Shown here one piece after another: positions 49,732-62,228 of a stretch of 64,000 nt of DNA. The number at the start of each line of letters is the position of its first letter. The first letter of the stretch is position 1. The notes under the pieces are model-generated. The model made no database searches, was not told the DNA's origin, and saw only the letters and a program-made list of their open reading frames with translations. The translations under genes were made by a program, and so were the position numbers. Source of the stretch: Tubiluchus corallicola (lineage: Eukaryota > Animalia > Priapulida). The stretch is taken from positions 124,001-188,000 of the forward strand of contig JAQGDQ010000160.1 in the NCBI GenBank assembly GCA_030141605.1, given 5' to 3'.

Positions 49732-52700
49732 AATGTATGGAGTAGAAATGTATCAAATATTTAGGACTAATTAAAACTAATGCTTAGTAATACTAATACT
49801 ATATAGTTTATAGTAATAATAAGAGTGAAATAATGTTAAAGAATATATATGTGTAATATATAGAGAAATAAATTTTACCTATAGTTCTAACACGATAATA
49901 ACAAAACTGACTAATAACATATGACTTTTTTTATCATCAGGCTAAGCCAAATCATACTTTACTGTTGAATTGTTGAACGAGTTGCAGTTATTTTTTCATC
50001 TGTCATTAGACAGCAAATTAGAAAGCCTGAAAATCTTGATTTTAGATAGGAATCATACCTCATCTTCTGAATTTAATTTGTGGGTAGCTGTACTAACCAT
50101 TACATTAGCCCTGAAGTTGGAAGAGTTAGAGGATGAAATTTGTTGTGTAAAACTATATAAAACTTTGGGTGTCATACACAGTTTTGATAATGCTTTAATT
50201 TCATGCTACAACGTGTATCATTTCTTGTTTATTTTAGCACATTACATTTTAAAATATTTTGAACTGTTTCCATTTTACAAGGAATTTGCATCGTTGAGAG
50301 AATAAGGTGGTATTAACTTTTCTAAATTCTTACGACTTGTGAATCTTTCGTAGCATCTTTATCTTCGTTTTATATCATAAAGCCAATCAATGCTGTATTT
50401 TTTAAACGAGATAGTCTCTCTGATAGCCAATTGGTATTCCTTTATAAAATTATAGTAAAGTCAGTACTCAGACTTGCTGTCAGAATTTCAACAGTAGACT
50501 TGCAGTAGTGGACTCTAATTGCATAGAAAATGTATGGTCTCATGCTCTTTTAATCATTACCGACAACTGAACTTGCAAGGAACCCATCAATTACTATAAA
50601 TTAAAGGTTTTAACCAGGAAGTATGAGAAAACTGTAAAAAAATACTTTCAAGCATTCAGAAAAATAGTTGTGATAAAACAAACTATTTACATCCCATTCT
50701 CAGAAACAGCAGGTGTCATACTGGAAATACCAGCAAGTTTAGATTATCGATAATCGAAAGTGAACTATACAAAAGGGTTTTGTTCCCTACTGCTTATTCA
50801 ACTGTTTGTGATTTTTCTTCTTTACTCTGTTTAATCACTGCATGTTGTCCAAATTTTGTTCAGACTGTTGCTCAAACTTTGCTTAACCAAATATATTAAT
50901 TTTAAATTGAATAATTGTAATTTTGAATGTTTAAGTTAGTTAATTTGATATGTGTGTTTTTGCCAGCTTTAGAAGCTTACATTTTGTGAAATTTTGTCAA
51001 TTTATTTCAACTCTTATGTTAATCTACATTTTGCTACAATTTTACAAGTAAACTACTTACTACTACTTAGTATTTACTTGCTTATTTAATTGATGTTATG
51101 GTTACTGATGGTTTTTTCAATAGTATATAGTTTTATACATTTTATAGTTAAAATTAGCTATATAGCATTCAGAGATCCTCGTGTATTCTGCACCTTCAAT
51201 AATTAAAAATTGCTTGAAGTTAGATCGACAATAAAAATGCTTTTGCTTCTGTCTAATTGCCTACGTATTTTTTTGTATACCTGTTTTGATATTTTACGAT
51301 TTCTTTTCGTGTATTCGTATACTTACCTAGCGCAGTCATATAAAAGCATATTATAACGTTGCTGCTTCCTTGAGGGTGCAGCCATGTTTTTTGCTGCAGC
51401 TAAATCTCTGCATTTCACACGAGATTGGCGTTCATCCTGAGCAGTATGTTGCCAATTATATCATAATTATCAGAACATACGGTCATTTTGGGCTTCATAC
51501 CATACAAAAGATAGAGTAATACAATAATTTAGTAATGCGAAACAAAAAAAACTAAAAAACAAAATGTGAAAATGTGGGAAATAAACAAATTTTGATTTCA
51601 ACTGAATTGTTATTCACAATTCAGCTTTAAACATTTGCAAAGTTTCAAAAAATGTTGACATACTTTGTCCTTCCTCCCTACTGACATTTTTTGAGTTCAT
51701 GAGGTAAGACAGCAACAATTTTTTTTGGGGGGGCCAGCCTTAACTGCCTTTGTCCCCTTTGTTTGGCCAATCCTGATTCTGAATACTGCTGCACATAAAA
51801 AATATAATAACGTTTACATATCAGACTAACAGATTCTGCAATTTACATTGTTTACTCATTTTTCCCTAACATTATTTACAAAATAACAAAATTTTAACAT
51901 TGCCACAAACTTCATTGTCACATTTCAGGCTGTTATTAGTGCTAACTAATTCTGTATCAGCACTGTTTTATAAAAAGCACTTACACTTACATGATTCTAA
52001 ATATACCATATTTGCAGTTTGCAAGGTCACCAAAAGAGAGTAAATAAAACCTCTAGAATAAAAGTATGCACATCCTTGAGCGAATACATTACCCCACATT
52101 AGAAGTTAGCCATCACCTTTAGTATATCATTGTGTCTTTGTATGTACGTTATTTGACGAAGATAACACCAATGAGAATTAAACTGGCCTAGTCAAGCAGT
52201 CTTTCATTACATATATTTGTGTTTGGATGTTTATACTAGTTTCTTGCTTGCTTTGACTGTACATGCTGAATAAATAGTTTGCAGTAATGACAGTACAAAG
52301 GTTGAATAGCACTTGACTGTATGCCTGCATGAGCAGCATAATACTGTAACCTATTTGTGGTTAAGAGCATGGATATGATTACTGTTGAAGAGGATCCTTT
52401 CAGGAATATGGTCTGTATAATTCTGAACATTAGTTACTTTTTTATACATTCGGCACATTGTAAGTCAGAATTCAGCTTAATGTGAGGTTTGTAACAAGAC
52501 TGGAGCCTGGTTCTTTATCAAGGATATCCCTCTAAGATGAGCCACTGAACAGGCTAAAGTGTCTTAGTCATAGTTGGATGTATATACATCTTTCTCTGTA
52601 AGAAAACAGCCACAATTACAGCTGTTCGGTATCATGGTTTTTATCATCCTGAACCTCGATTTCACTACCCAGAGTGAGGATCCAACTTTAGCAATCCTGA

Positions 52701-52985
52701 ACATTTGCTTCAATTAGTGTGGAAATAAGAATATTCTAAGGTATTGCTAGGTAGAACTTTTGACTGAAATTAATAATAATGTAAAATAGCAATGTAATGC
52801 ATGGATCTGGTTATGGTTATACATAGTTCTATAAACTCTGTTAGTGAAAAGCTCAAAGAAATGGGATACTATAGGTTGATTTGCAGACTGAAAATAATGA
52901 CCTCTAATTTATAAGCAGTATCATGTTCTGAGAAATTTCGTATTATCTTTCCAAAATAACAAAGTCATATTTTCATTATTTTCAG

Positions 52986-53319
52986 AATCGAGAAACGCAC
53001 AATGGAGATGAAATCTCAAACTCTGTTACATCCATAGTCTCAACACTTGTACACGCATCAACCTCGGCTGTTGGGACAGTATGCAATGTTACACTGGAGG
53101 CTGTCGCCAAGGTAACGAAGGTGGTTCCAATGACTACAAAAGCATCAACTGCTTGGCATGTATCTCTCTCAACTGATGATGTGGCAACATCAGGCAAAGA
53201 TGAGGAATTTGACTTGAGGGCTACAATAGCAACAATGACTCCCACACCTTGGATCAGCAATGATAGTAGAGATTTCTATATAGGTTTAGCATTAGCATTA
53301 GGATCTAGTGTTTTTATAG
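52986..53319 (+). CDS. NIPA exon A: Ser/Thr-rich N-terminus plus TM1 ([18 protein letters not shown])
   Basis: tttcag acceptor, open frame of 111 codons, G|GTAGGT phase-1 donor. Confidence 0.85.
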
Positions 53320-56300
53320 GTAGGTATACATGCCAAAGTTTTTGGTGGAGGGTTTAAATGTTTTTGTTAATTGTTGCTTCAAATGTAAAGTAGCTGCCTA
53401 ATCGTTAACATATGTATGCTATCTAGGCCGCTAGATTTAGTATAAGCTATTGCCAACAACTTGTATTGTCAGAAAATTAGTACAAAATTGTTTTAGTTGT
53501 TTGAATGAGTATTGTGCTACTTACACTTACAACATTATCGTCCACTGTTAAATTACAGGGAGTTCATCTTTTATTTCCACATCATCTTTTTCATTACTTT
53601 TCAAAAGTATTGTGATTTTTTTATCTGTTATTTTTTCACTACTGATATACAACTTTAGTAACTACATTTAATTAACAGAACTCGGTGTAGTACATATTCT
53701 ACACTGGGGTCTGTTAATTAATTGTAGTTACTAAAGTTATTAAACTTCATGTCTTCTGTGCTAGCTAATGACATTAATGCTTTACTTGGTATAACAAACT
53801 AATATTAGATAGGCATTTAGATGCTACTCAACTCATAGACTACGTGCTATTCACTACTTTCCCTGCCATTATCAACTAACATCACATTTTATGAAAATTT
53901 GTTAACTTAGTACAATACTTTACGTGAGTTAGTTTAATTGTTATTAAATAGCTTTTAATTAAAAACTACATCACCATAATGCTTTCCACTCCATTTTGTC
54001 CTGACTGTAAAACAATTTGCAAGGAGTTTATGATTCCCTACACAATTTAAATACCCTTACACTAACCCTAACCCTGTCTCTAATCCTAACATTAATCCCA
54101 ACCGAACCCTAATTTTAATCCACTTAACAAATTAATTTCTTATGTGTGGGGAATTGTAAACTTTAGCCAGCAACTTTGTAATCAAATTAAGCAAACTTGT
54201 TATTTTGAATGAAATTAAAGTTTCTTAGAAAAACGATTTTTTTAGAATGATAATTCTGAATTTATAAAATGATACTTTTACAACATTATTATTGTATTAA
54301 GACTTAGACTTTTCACATTATATTTTCTTATACTGTTAAAATAGAATTGTCGGACATCAAATTTGTTGCTTTTAATTACTTAATTGTTACTAAATTTTTA
54401 ATTAGTTAAGGAATATCTCATTGAAATTCATTCTTTTATCTGGAGAAAGTTTCACAGGTTAAGAAAAAGAACAAAATTAAGGTTAATTAACAGATTCCCA
54501 TAACAGCATCAGAAAATTCTCAATATGACATGATTTTAACTCATTTGGCAGTAACAAGACTCAGTGATTGATATAAAAAATGCAAGCTTACTTAGAGTGC
54601 ACAATTTGTATAGACTTATTAACATGTATATTAGAAGAACATACAGTTTTACTTTCTAAAGTAGGTCAAATGGGTTGCATGTAAAATTCTTGTAGGTGTA
54701 GTTCACAAAAGTAGCAAATTTGTATAAATTCTATCATGGGCTGTGCTCTGTACAGTATGCCGTTGCATCAACTTGTATTGTACTACTATTTCTGCTTAGT
54801 ACTTAGACTTCTACCTACATCAAACTGTAAACGAACTCCCTGTGATTTTTCAGCAAAGAAAGTACCCGACTCGTTGACACCTGGTGAAGTTGGTCATTCA
54901 TATCGTGACTTTTTCATTGGTCTCACTCTAGCTCTTAGTTCAAACGTGTTTATTGGTAAGTTTTGTGCTTTATGTTTAGATGCATAGATACATGTTTTTT
55001 GTTATAAACTAAATTTCTTGCACCTTCTACATACATACACTATTGATTCCACTTGTTTTAAGTGTTGAGCTATTCTGCATGAAATCATAGCAAGTGTCTA
55101 TTAGTTAAATATTATTACCAGATTATGTAATGAAACGTATATTACATATATGTTTTTTTTCAGGTGCAAGTTACATAATTAAAAAGAAAGGCTTAATCAA
55201 AGTACGGAGCCGTGGTGCAAGCGCTAGTAAGTTTACGCCTCTGAAGTGTACAATAGTGTTATAGTGGATTCTTTTTTATGGGCTGTTAAAATTTAATTGA
55301 TTATAACTACTGTAAATGAATCTATTATTTGTGCTGCAATTTAATAAGTGATAATTATAATGAAGTAACCTACAAATGAAGGAAAGTTGCTGTTGAATTT
55401 TGTACTCTAAACAGATTTTCTTCGAGCAGACGTCTTGGGCTTAGGCAGACAAATACAAACCCAGCATGTGCTATTTTTACATGATCTGATATATTGTGCA
55501 CATAGGGCATTACAGCTGCCAAAGCGAGGTGTGAGGATTTTTTATTTTTCGATCTGCAAACCACAAAATTCCGGGATTTTGTTCGAATTACGAATACACA
55601 ATCTGCGTGTCGTAATAAACAAAAACCTTTGTTTGAGAATTACGAAAGCAACTTTAAAAACGTCTTGTTTTTGCATAAATGTAGCACCAGTATAAATTAA
55701 AGGAAAAGTCAATTCTGTGTAATATAATTTATTTTAAATATTTTCACTTAATTGTCTTCTATTTACTATTATTTTACGTAGCACATATATTGATTAGTTT
55801 AATGCCCATTTGCTGCTTCGCTAAGTGCAATAAATATTTAAGGCACAATGACAGAGACAGTTCTACGGGAAAAATGTGACTGCACACTTTTTTAAACGTA
55901 AAAATCGTTCTACAGAAAATCAGAGTGAGAAAAAATCTACAACTTTAACCGTTTGAATCAGCAAATCGTGAAATCCACAAGAATTTACAGTCCCCGATCT
56001 GTAAAATGCTGCTCGTTTTTAAGACCCCTGATTTTAGTCAGTAAGGGAATCTATAGCCGTCATGCAGCGTCTGTCGAGCATCGGGCATCGTCCACAATTG
56101 ACTTGAGTTTCTATAATTAGCTAAAACCTTTTCTCTCAGGTCGTTGATCTTTGGTGTACAGCAACCTTGGCATAAGACGCATGTCAGGTGTCAAAAATAA
56201 ATGAATGACCTAGGTTTGAAAGGTCGCGACCCAGAATATCTTGAATGTTCAAGTTATGTGGGGGTTTTGCACATTTTGCTAAAAATCTATGTGATGTATG

Positions 56301-59300
56301 CAGTAAACAAAATGTTTTTGTAGCAATTTTGGACAGTAGATTATATGACCTTTCAAAACTCCAGGTTTGTTATGGTGTACAAGGTCTTAATTTCGCAGTT
56401 GCTAGGGTGTAAAAATTACCATTTCTTCCAAAACAGATGAAGTACATATCCTTTGACAATTTTGAGGCCGGACAGATTCAACATACAAAAAACATTGTAA
56501 TGCTAGAGTTTTTGATACTGCCAAAATTTTGACCCACCCGGGGTCACCCAAAGGTCATCAACAGGGAATGTGTCAATCATATCGAGTAATATATGAAATT
56601 AAAGCTTAGGGTAAGGCGGGTTTGACACTAACAAATGTTGGCCCACCTGGGGTCACTTAAAGGTCATCTACAGGGAATCTCTCAAACATATTGTGTAATT
56701 TATCAATTCAAAGCTTAGGGTGAGATGGGTTTGACATTGTCACATTTTGGGCCAGCTGAGGTCACCTTAAGGGCATCTACAGGGACTGTGTCAAAATATT
56801 GTGTAAAATATAAAGCTTATACCGAGGCGGTTTGATTTGGTTCATTAAAATATCAAGCATCGTTGACAAATGACTTTGTTTTCTTTATTTTGCCAAAACC
56901 TTTTGTCCTTCGTCTTAGATTTTTGGTGTGCACTAACCTTTGCATTAAATGCGTGCCAAGCTGAATAACCAAGGTCAAACATTTTGGGCCATCTGAGTTC
57001 ACCCCAAGGGCATTTAAAGGGAATGTCGCAGACAATTGTGTAATAATTATAACAAATTACGGCAAGGTGGGTTAACAAGGTTCATGAAAAGGTCAGAGGT
57101 CAATGGAAAACTGCATCGCAACAAAAATGCTAAGGCCACAGGAATGAAAGCTTTCTTTTCATAAAATAACTAATTAGGGTTTTGAAACTACTTACTTACT
57201 GACTTACATAATTATTTTCCAATTCACTCATGCACTTCTTTATGTTACTTTTGGTCTTACAGCATAATGATAAGAACTTAAAACAAGTGTACATTTCACT
57301 GTTATTTGCTGGACCTGTGTGTATTTCTGCAACATGGTTTTATGACTTTTTTGTATTATTGGAGTATGTACAATAGAATAATTTCACTTCAGAGCTTCTT
57401 GGAGTCTTGTTATATCAATTTTGAAACAAATACAGCTTACTTCTAAATTGTTATAGTGTAACAGTTCTTGACACTGCAAAAGTGTCACGCTTTTGCCCCA
57501 ACCAGGGTCACCACCATTTTACACTATATACAATTTTTCTTCAGGGGACCTACACCGTCACTGACGATCTGGTTTGCAAACTCTGCATTGCATCAAAAAC
57601 CGCAACCTGCTCACCTCACCTGTAAATTCTGTAATTGCAACCCGTTTATGAACTACTCAGGAGTAAATAGTGCTCCTCCTCCTGCTTTCGTTGATACATT
57701 TACTACTAACACGTTTGCTTTACTTAAGGTTTCGTTTAGTTTACTTATTTGGGCTTAGTTATTATATATATCTATATTTATATATATGTATATTTCAGGT
57801 CAAGGTGGTTATGCCTATCTAAAAGAATGGTTATGGTGGCTTGGTTTTTTAATGAGTACGTGCTACTGTTTTTTACAATTATGTGTTTTTTCATGACTTA
57901 GTATCTTATAACGCAAACCTGTACACAAATCTTATGGGAAATCATATTTGGAAGATTAACAGCTACATAATTGTTTTTTGTTATCTTACACACTGAAGGT
58001 TACTGTTGTGTTCTTTAATTACAGTGGGGTTTGGTGAAGGATCAAATTTTGCAGCATACATATTTGCACCTGCAACTCTAGTCACTCCACTTGGAGCTCT
58101 TAGTGTACTTATGGCGTAAGTGTTTTGCATCCCTGCATAATGTATTTAATTACAGATAGGTTGCTGGGCATTTTTCTAAAAAAGTAATGCGGGGACTTAT
58201 TTTGTTTTTATTCGGAGAAAAGCGAAAGGAAAAGCAGATGTTACTGAAGCAAGTATTAACATTCTTCTACTTCTTTCATTAATCATGTTAGACTTGAGAA
58301 TTTTTAAAACTTGGATATTTTATCACAGAACTGCCACCTGCATCTAAAAAACTGTTTGGAACTGGGAGAAGAATCAAATAATCCACAACTACTCTCACTT
58401 TTATGTGGCACATCATTACAGCATACGACAAAAGCAACTGCCAACTGCATTAACCACTGCCCTGCATGACCAAAGTTAAACAATTTCACCTACTGTTAAG
58501 GTGGGTCAGTGTTGTGAAGATAACTCCAGTTTTGCTTGATGAACTCATGCTAGCTCTGTTGTAAGGTGTGAAGTGATACGAGTGCAGAAGATGTGTGATC
58601 TGAATCAACTGTACATATATTCTAGACACTTTAGTTTTACCATATTAATACAAAACTATGATATCACTGTTGCAGAGCTATAATGGCTTCATATGTGCTG
58701 AAAGAGAGGTTGAATCTGATTGGAAAAGTTGGCTGTTTTTTATGCATGGTGGGAGCTACAGTTATCATCATTCATGCACCAAAAGAAGGTGAAGTGGAAA
58801 GCATGGAAGCATTGGCTCATAAACTTATCGAGCCAGGTATGTATACCTAAATATGTTGGCTTCTTTGACTGTAACGTCAAATGTTGTTTGGCGATTAAGC
58901 TAATTGATTTTTTTTATATTCAAGGGAAATTAGAAATAAATGCACTGAATAGTATTTGTAGTAATGTGTGGTGTGACAGCTCATAAAAAATAAAATTAGG
59001 AAAGTGAAAATTTTTGAGTTGTCTTGATTTCTAGAAAATTCTGCATAGCTGGTAGTAAAAAAGCTGTTTCTTGTACAGTAGGCGCTGCTTAGAGACTCAC
59101 TTTGGGACCGAAGTGTTTTGACCCAATTAACCGACTGAACCTATTAACCGATGGGTGTAGTATTACTGGTATAGAATGAGCTACCAGCTTACTATGCACT
59201 GCAAAGATCGTTAATGAATTTTAGAAACAAAGTAATGCCTAAATTCCACTCCAGTTAAAAATTAAAAAAATATATTTTGAATTTTTAATTTATATAAGTA

Positions 59301-61627
59301 AATTATATAAATATAATTTTCTAAATCATACTAGTCTGTTTATTTGAAAAAAAATTACAAAATTTCCTTCAATTAAAAAGTATACTTTTCTAAATCATAC
59401 AAGTCTGTTTATTTGAAAAAAAATTACAAAAATTCCTTCAATGTCGGCTGCTTTATTTCATCACCAAGAAATTGGCTCACAAAGTTCTCATAATGATAAA
59501 AACGTTGAAAATCTGTTGCTGTATGAAGTGCACGTATTCTCGAAAACATTTAGCTTAGCTCTTGGTGTGCTTAAACTGTTAGTGGTGCCCATGTTCCCCG
59601 CAAGTAGCTTCGTCTGTAGTTTTGTCTATGCTCCCCATTGCTATTGTGACATACTTACTGTACTGTACCTGCATCCCTGGTATAACAGCAACATCTAACT
59701 GATTAAACTTTCTGTCAAAGACAGCCAGAGCTTCAAAAGCAAACCACTAAGCAAGTGATTAAATGTTTACTTGGGGAATTCTTGGGTAACAAGGTTAATT
59801 GCAGTGGACGGGTGGGTCAAAGCAAACCAATAGGTTAGCATATTAGCCTATGATAAACGTTCCTGCTTACAAACAAAGCGGTACTTAACATGATGATTGT
59901 TTCTATGTATATTATAGGACAAAAGTGAACTAAGTGAACTAAAAGCTTATTAGTCACACGAAAGTGTCTTATTGAAGCATGTGAAACAAAAATATTGAGT
60001 CAATTATGAGGAGTTGTTTGAGTCAGTTACAGGCGTTTTTGAGTCAATTAAGCGGCGCCTACTGCATTACTTTTTACTAGAGCAGTGTGTTTAAAAAACA
60101 TTTGAACATGTGTTTGGGACTTTGAGATCTTGTAACAATTAGTAAATTACAATCAAAACTTCTGATTGGTTCTCCTTTGAGTTGAATTGTGTCACTTATT
60201 ACACATGTGTATTAAGCATTAATATAGCAATGAATTTGTGAAACTTATTACCGTACCGTATTTAGTAGTTTTAGAGCCCGGGCCCTTATTTTTTCAACCA
60301 AACTAATTACCGGGTCTGTATCAAACAGGTCTTATAGAAGGCACTTATTCTTTTCAACCACAGGTGCTTATTATTTTTGAAGCACTTTACTGCAATGTAT
60401 GCTAGGTAGCAGTACAGCATATTGCCATGTGGACCATCATTCACAGTGCTTGAGATCATGTTAAAGCCAGTTAGCTGCCTGTTACAGACAGAAAGGATGT
60501 CTTTATAACAGCTTGTAGGTTTCACCTGCTAGTATTTCACTTGTTAATGTCTTGATGACTCATCCATCAGTCAGACAGTAGAATGTGTAATATTTAAAAA
60601 GTTTCATATGTGAACTGACATTGACGCAGATTTCTGTGCCTAGCTGTTATTCAAACTTGGCACTTATTTTTCATTCTGTTTCCTCTGATGCATATTCAGA
60701 TGGGCTCTTAATTAAGCATGGGCACTAAAACAAAAAATACACTGAGTAATTTAAATGTGATCAGTTTAATAAAATTGGGTTTGAAAAAACACCCGATTTT
60801 TTTCTCTGAAAAGTCTGCGAACTTTATAAATTCATTGCTGTGTGTGTATGTTGTAATATGAGTGCCAAACTGAGTAATTCAAAGTTTTTGTCCCTAAAGT
60901 TAAAGTTGCTGCTTAGGTATCACATGACTCCTTAAATATCTGACTTTGTGCACCTGTTTGCAGCTGTACCTATTTAATTTTGTTTTTCACAGGCTTTCTA
61001 GTGTATTCTGGAATCGCAATCGCAGTCTCTGTTTTTCTCATTTTCTACTGCAGTCCACGATGGGGTCAAACCAATGTTCTCGTATACATAACCATTTGCT
61101 CACTGTTTGGCTCCTTGTCTGTGATGGCTTGCAAGGGTATCGGACTTGCACTAAAAGAAACTGTTTCAGGCAGTAATCAGTTCACAAATTGGATCACTTA
61201 TTTCTTTATCGTTGCTGTAGTCGTTTGTATTGGTTTTGAGATGGCCTATCTAAACCGTGCTCTCGATACATTCAACACGAGCATAGTAACACCAATATAC
61301 TATGTATTTTTCACGACGTATACAATCGTGGCATCAGCTATATTGTTCAAAGAATGGCAAAAGCTTGGCGCTAATGATATCATAGGAAACATCTGTGGAT
61401 TTTTGACAATAATTGGTGCTATATTCCTGCTGCACGCATTCAAAGATATGGACATAACATTGCGAAGTTTGCATCAAAAGGTAAAAACAGATCAGTCCAC
61501 ACAAGATGAAACTGGTAACGCTTACGTGACAATTGGTGCTGACACAGACTCGGACGAAGTTGCAGCAGCAGAGAAAATACCACTGCGATTAAACAGCGCA
61601 TCTGCTAGCACATATGTGCAATCATAA
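52986..61627 (+). CDS. NIPA2: Magnesium transporter NIPA2-like (NIPA family, DMT superfamily)
   Basis: Exons 52986-53319 (A) and/or 54854-54955 (B), then 55164-55226, 57799-57855, 58025-58115, 58676-58836, 60993-61627. Motifs IGLx[92 protein letters not shown]. Start codon unresolved (frame open from 52986; first in-frame ATG at 53130). Confidence 0.93.
53651..53738. repeat. 88-nt hairpin (40-bp stem, 8-nt loop) between NIPA exons A and B
   Basis: aactttagtaactacatttaattaacagaactcggtgtag versus the reverse complement of ctacactggggtctgttaattaattgtagttactaaagtt: 36/40 identical. Confidence 0.9.
54025..54162. mobile_element. Small inverted-repeat element with internal degenerate (TAACCC)n
   Basis: agtttatgattccctacaca ... 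tgtgtggggaattgtaaact inverted arms enclosing ctaaccctaaccct...aatcctaac...gaaccctaa. Confidence 0.55.
54854..54955 (+). CDS. NIPA exon B: second copy of TM1 exon ([18 protein letters not shown])
   Basis: tttttcag acceptor, 102 nt, G|GTAAG phase-1 donor; frame also open upstream to ATG 54736. Confidence 0.8.
56032..57230 (+). mobile_element. Helentron/HINE-like non-autonomous element carrying a 109-bp tandem repeat
   Basis: Starts TTTT-AGTCAGTAAG (56036-56045) with the perfect inverted partner CTTACTGACT (57195-57204); cgtc-rich stretch after the 5' end; repeat anchors ggtcac...agggaat at 56542, 56651, 56760 (period 109) and a fourth diverged copy at ~56997. Confidence 0.6.
59076..60064 (+). 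mobile_element. pogo/Tigger-like MITE in NIPA intron; second copy at 9245-9987
   Basis: TA|CAGTAGGCGCTGCTTA ... TAAGCGGCGCCTACTG|CA; internal 69-bp tandem duplication at ~59317-59442. Confidence 0.88.
60256..60745. mobile_element. Degenerate Tc/mariner-type MITE
   Basis: taccgtattt...ttttagagccc and gggcactaaaacaaaaaatacactg as weak TIRs; repeated cttattttttcaacca motifs. Confidence 0.35.
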
Positions 61628-61743
61628 TGGATATTAATTTAAATTTGTTTGCCATTTATGTCTTTTTTTGTCACCCTCGTAAGATTTTGTCCTATTGTAT
61701 GATATTACATTTTTTGTTGGCATACAAATGTGGAGAAGCAGTA

Positions 61744-62228
61744 CAGTCAACCTCGGGTATAACGGACACTCGCTTATAAGGGACCACCAACACAGGTCCC
61801 GATTTTTCGTAACGTTTTTCCTATGTAAAAATCTTCGTATATAAGGTACTCGGATATAATGGACTTTATCTTATAAGGGACGATATCTTCAGGTCCCGCG
61901 TAATAGAAACCCAGGTAAATTACCTCGCATATAAGGGACCCTATGATCAAAGCGAAATTGATCGATTTTTAACCTCAATTTTTTGCAAACTCGGCCTTCA
62001 AACACCTCGGTTTCCGTGGTCATGTACATCTTGCATCACTGAAGGAACTTCCTACATATCGTTTGCACTGAATGTGTATCAATAATCCATAAAAATATGG
62101 GTAAAAGTACAGAAAAGTATAGGTCTAGATAGACCCTCGGTCTGATTCAACTTCGGCTATAAGGGACATCAGATGTAAGGGACAGTTTTTTTTGGTCCCG
62201 AGGTGTCCCTTATATCCGAGGTTGACTG
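61744..62228. mobile_element. pogo/Tigger-like MITE (485 bp) just downstream of the NIPA stop codon
   Basis: TA|CAGTCAACCTCGGGTATAACGGACAC ... GTGTCCCTTATATCCGAGGTTGACTG|TA; many internal ATAAGGGAC repeats. Confidence 0.93.

Noticed and set aside
54060-54120. Interstitial telomere
   Set aside because: Only a few degenerate TAACCC units, enclosed by inverted repeats as in common MITEs.
56520-57080. CRISPR-like or other repeat-spacer array
   Set aside because: Units are similar along their whole length with no unique spacers; eukaryotic context; simple tandem repeat.
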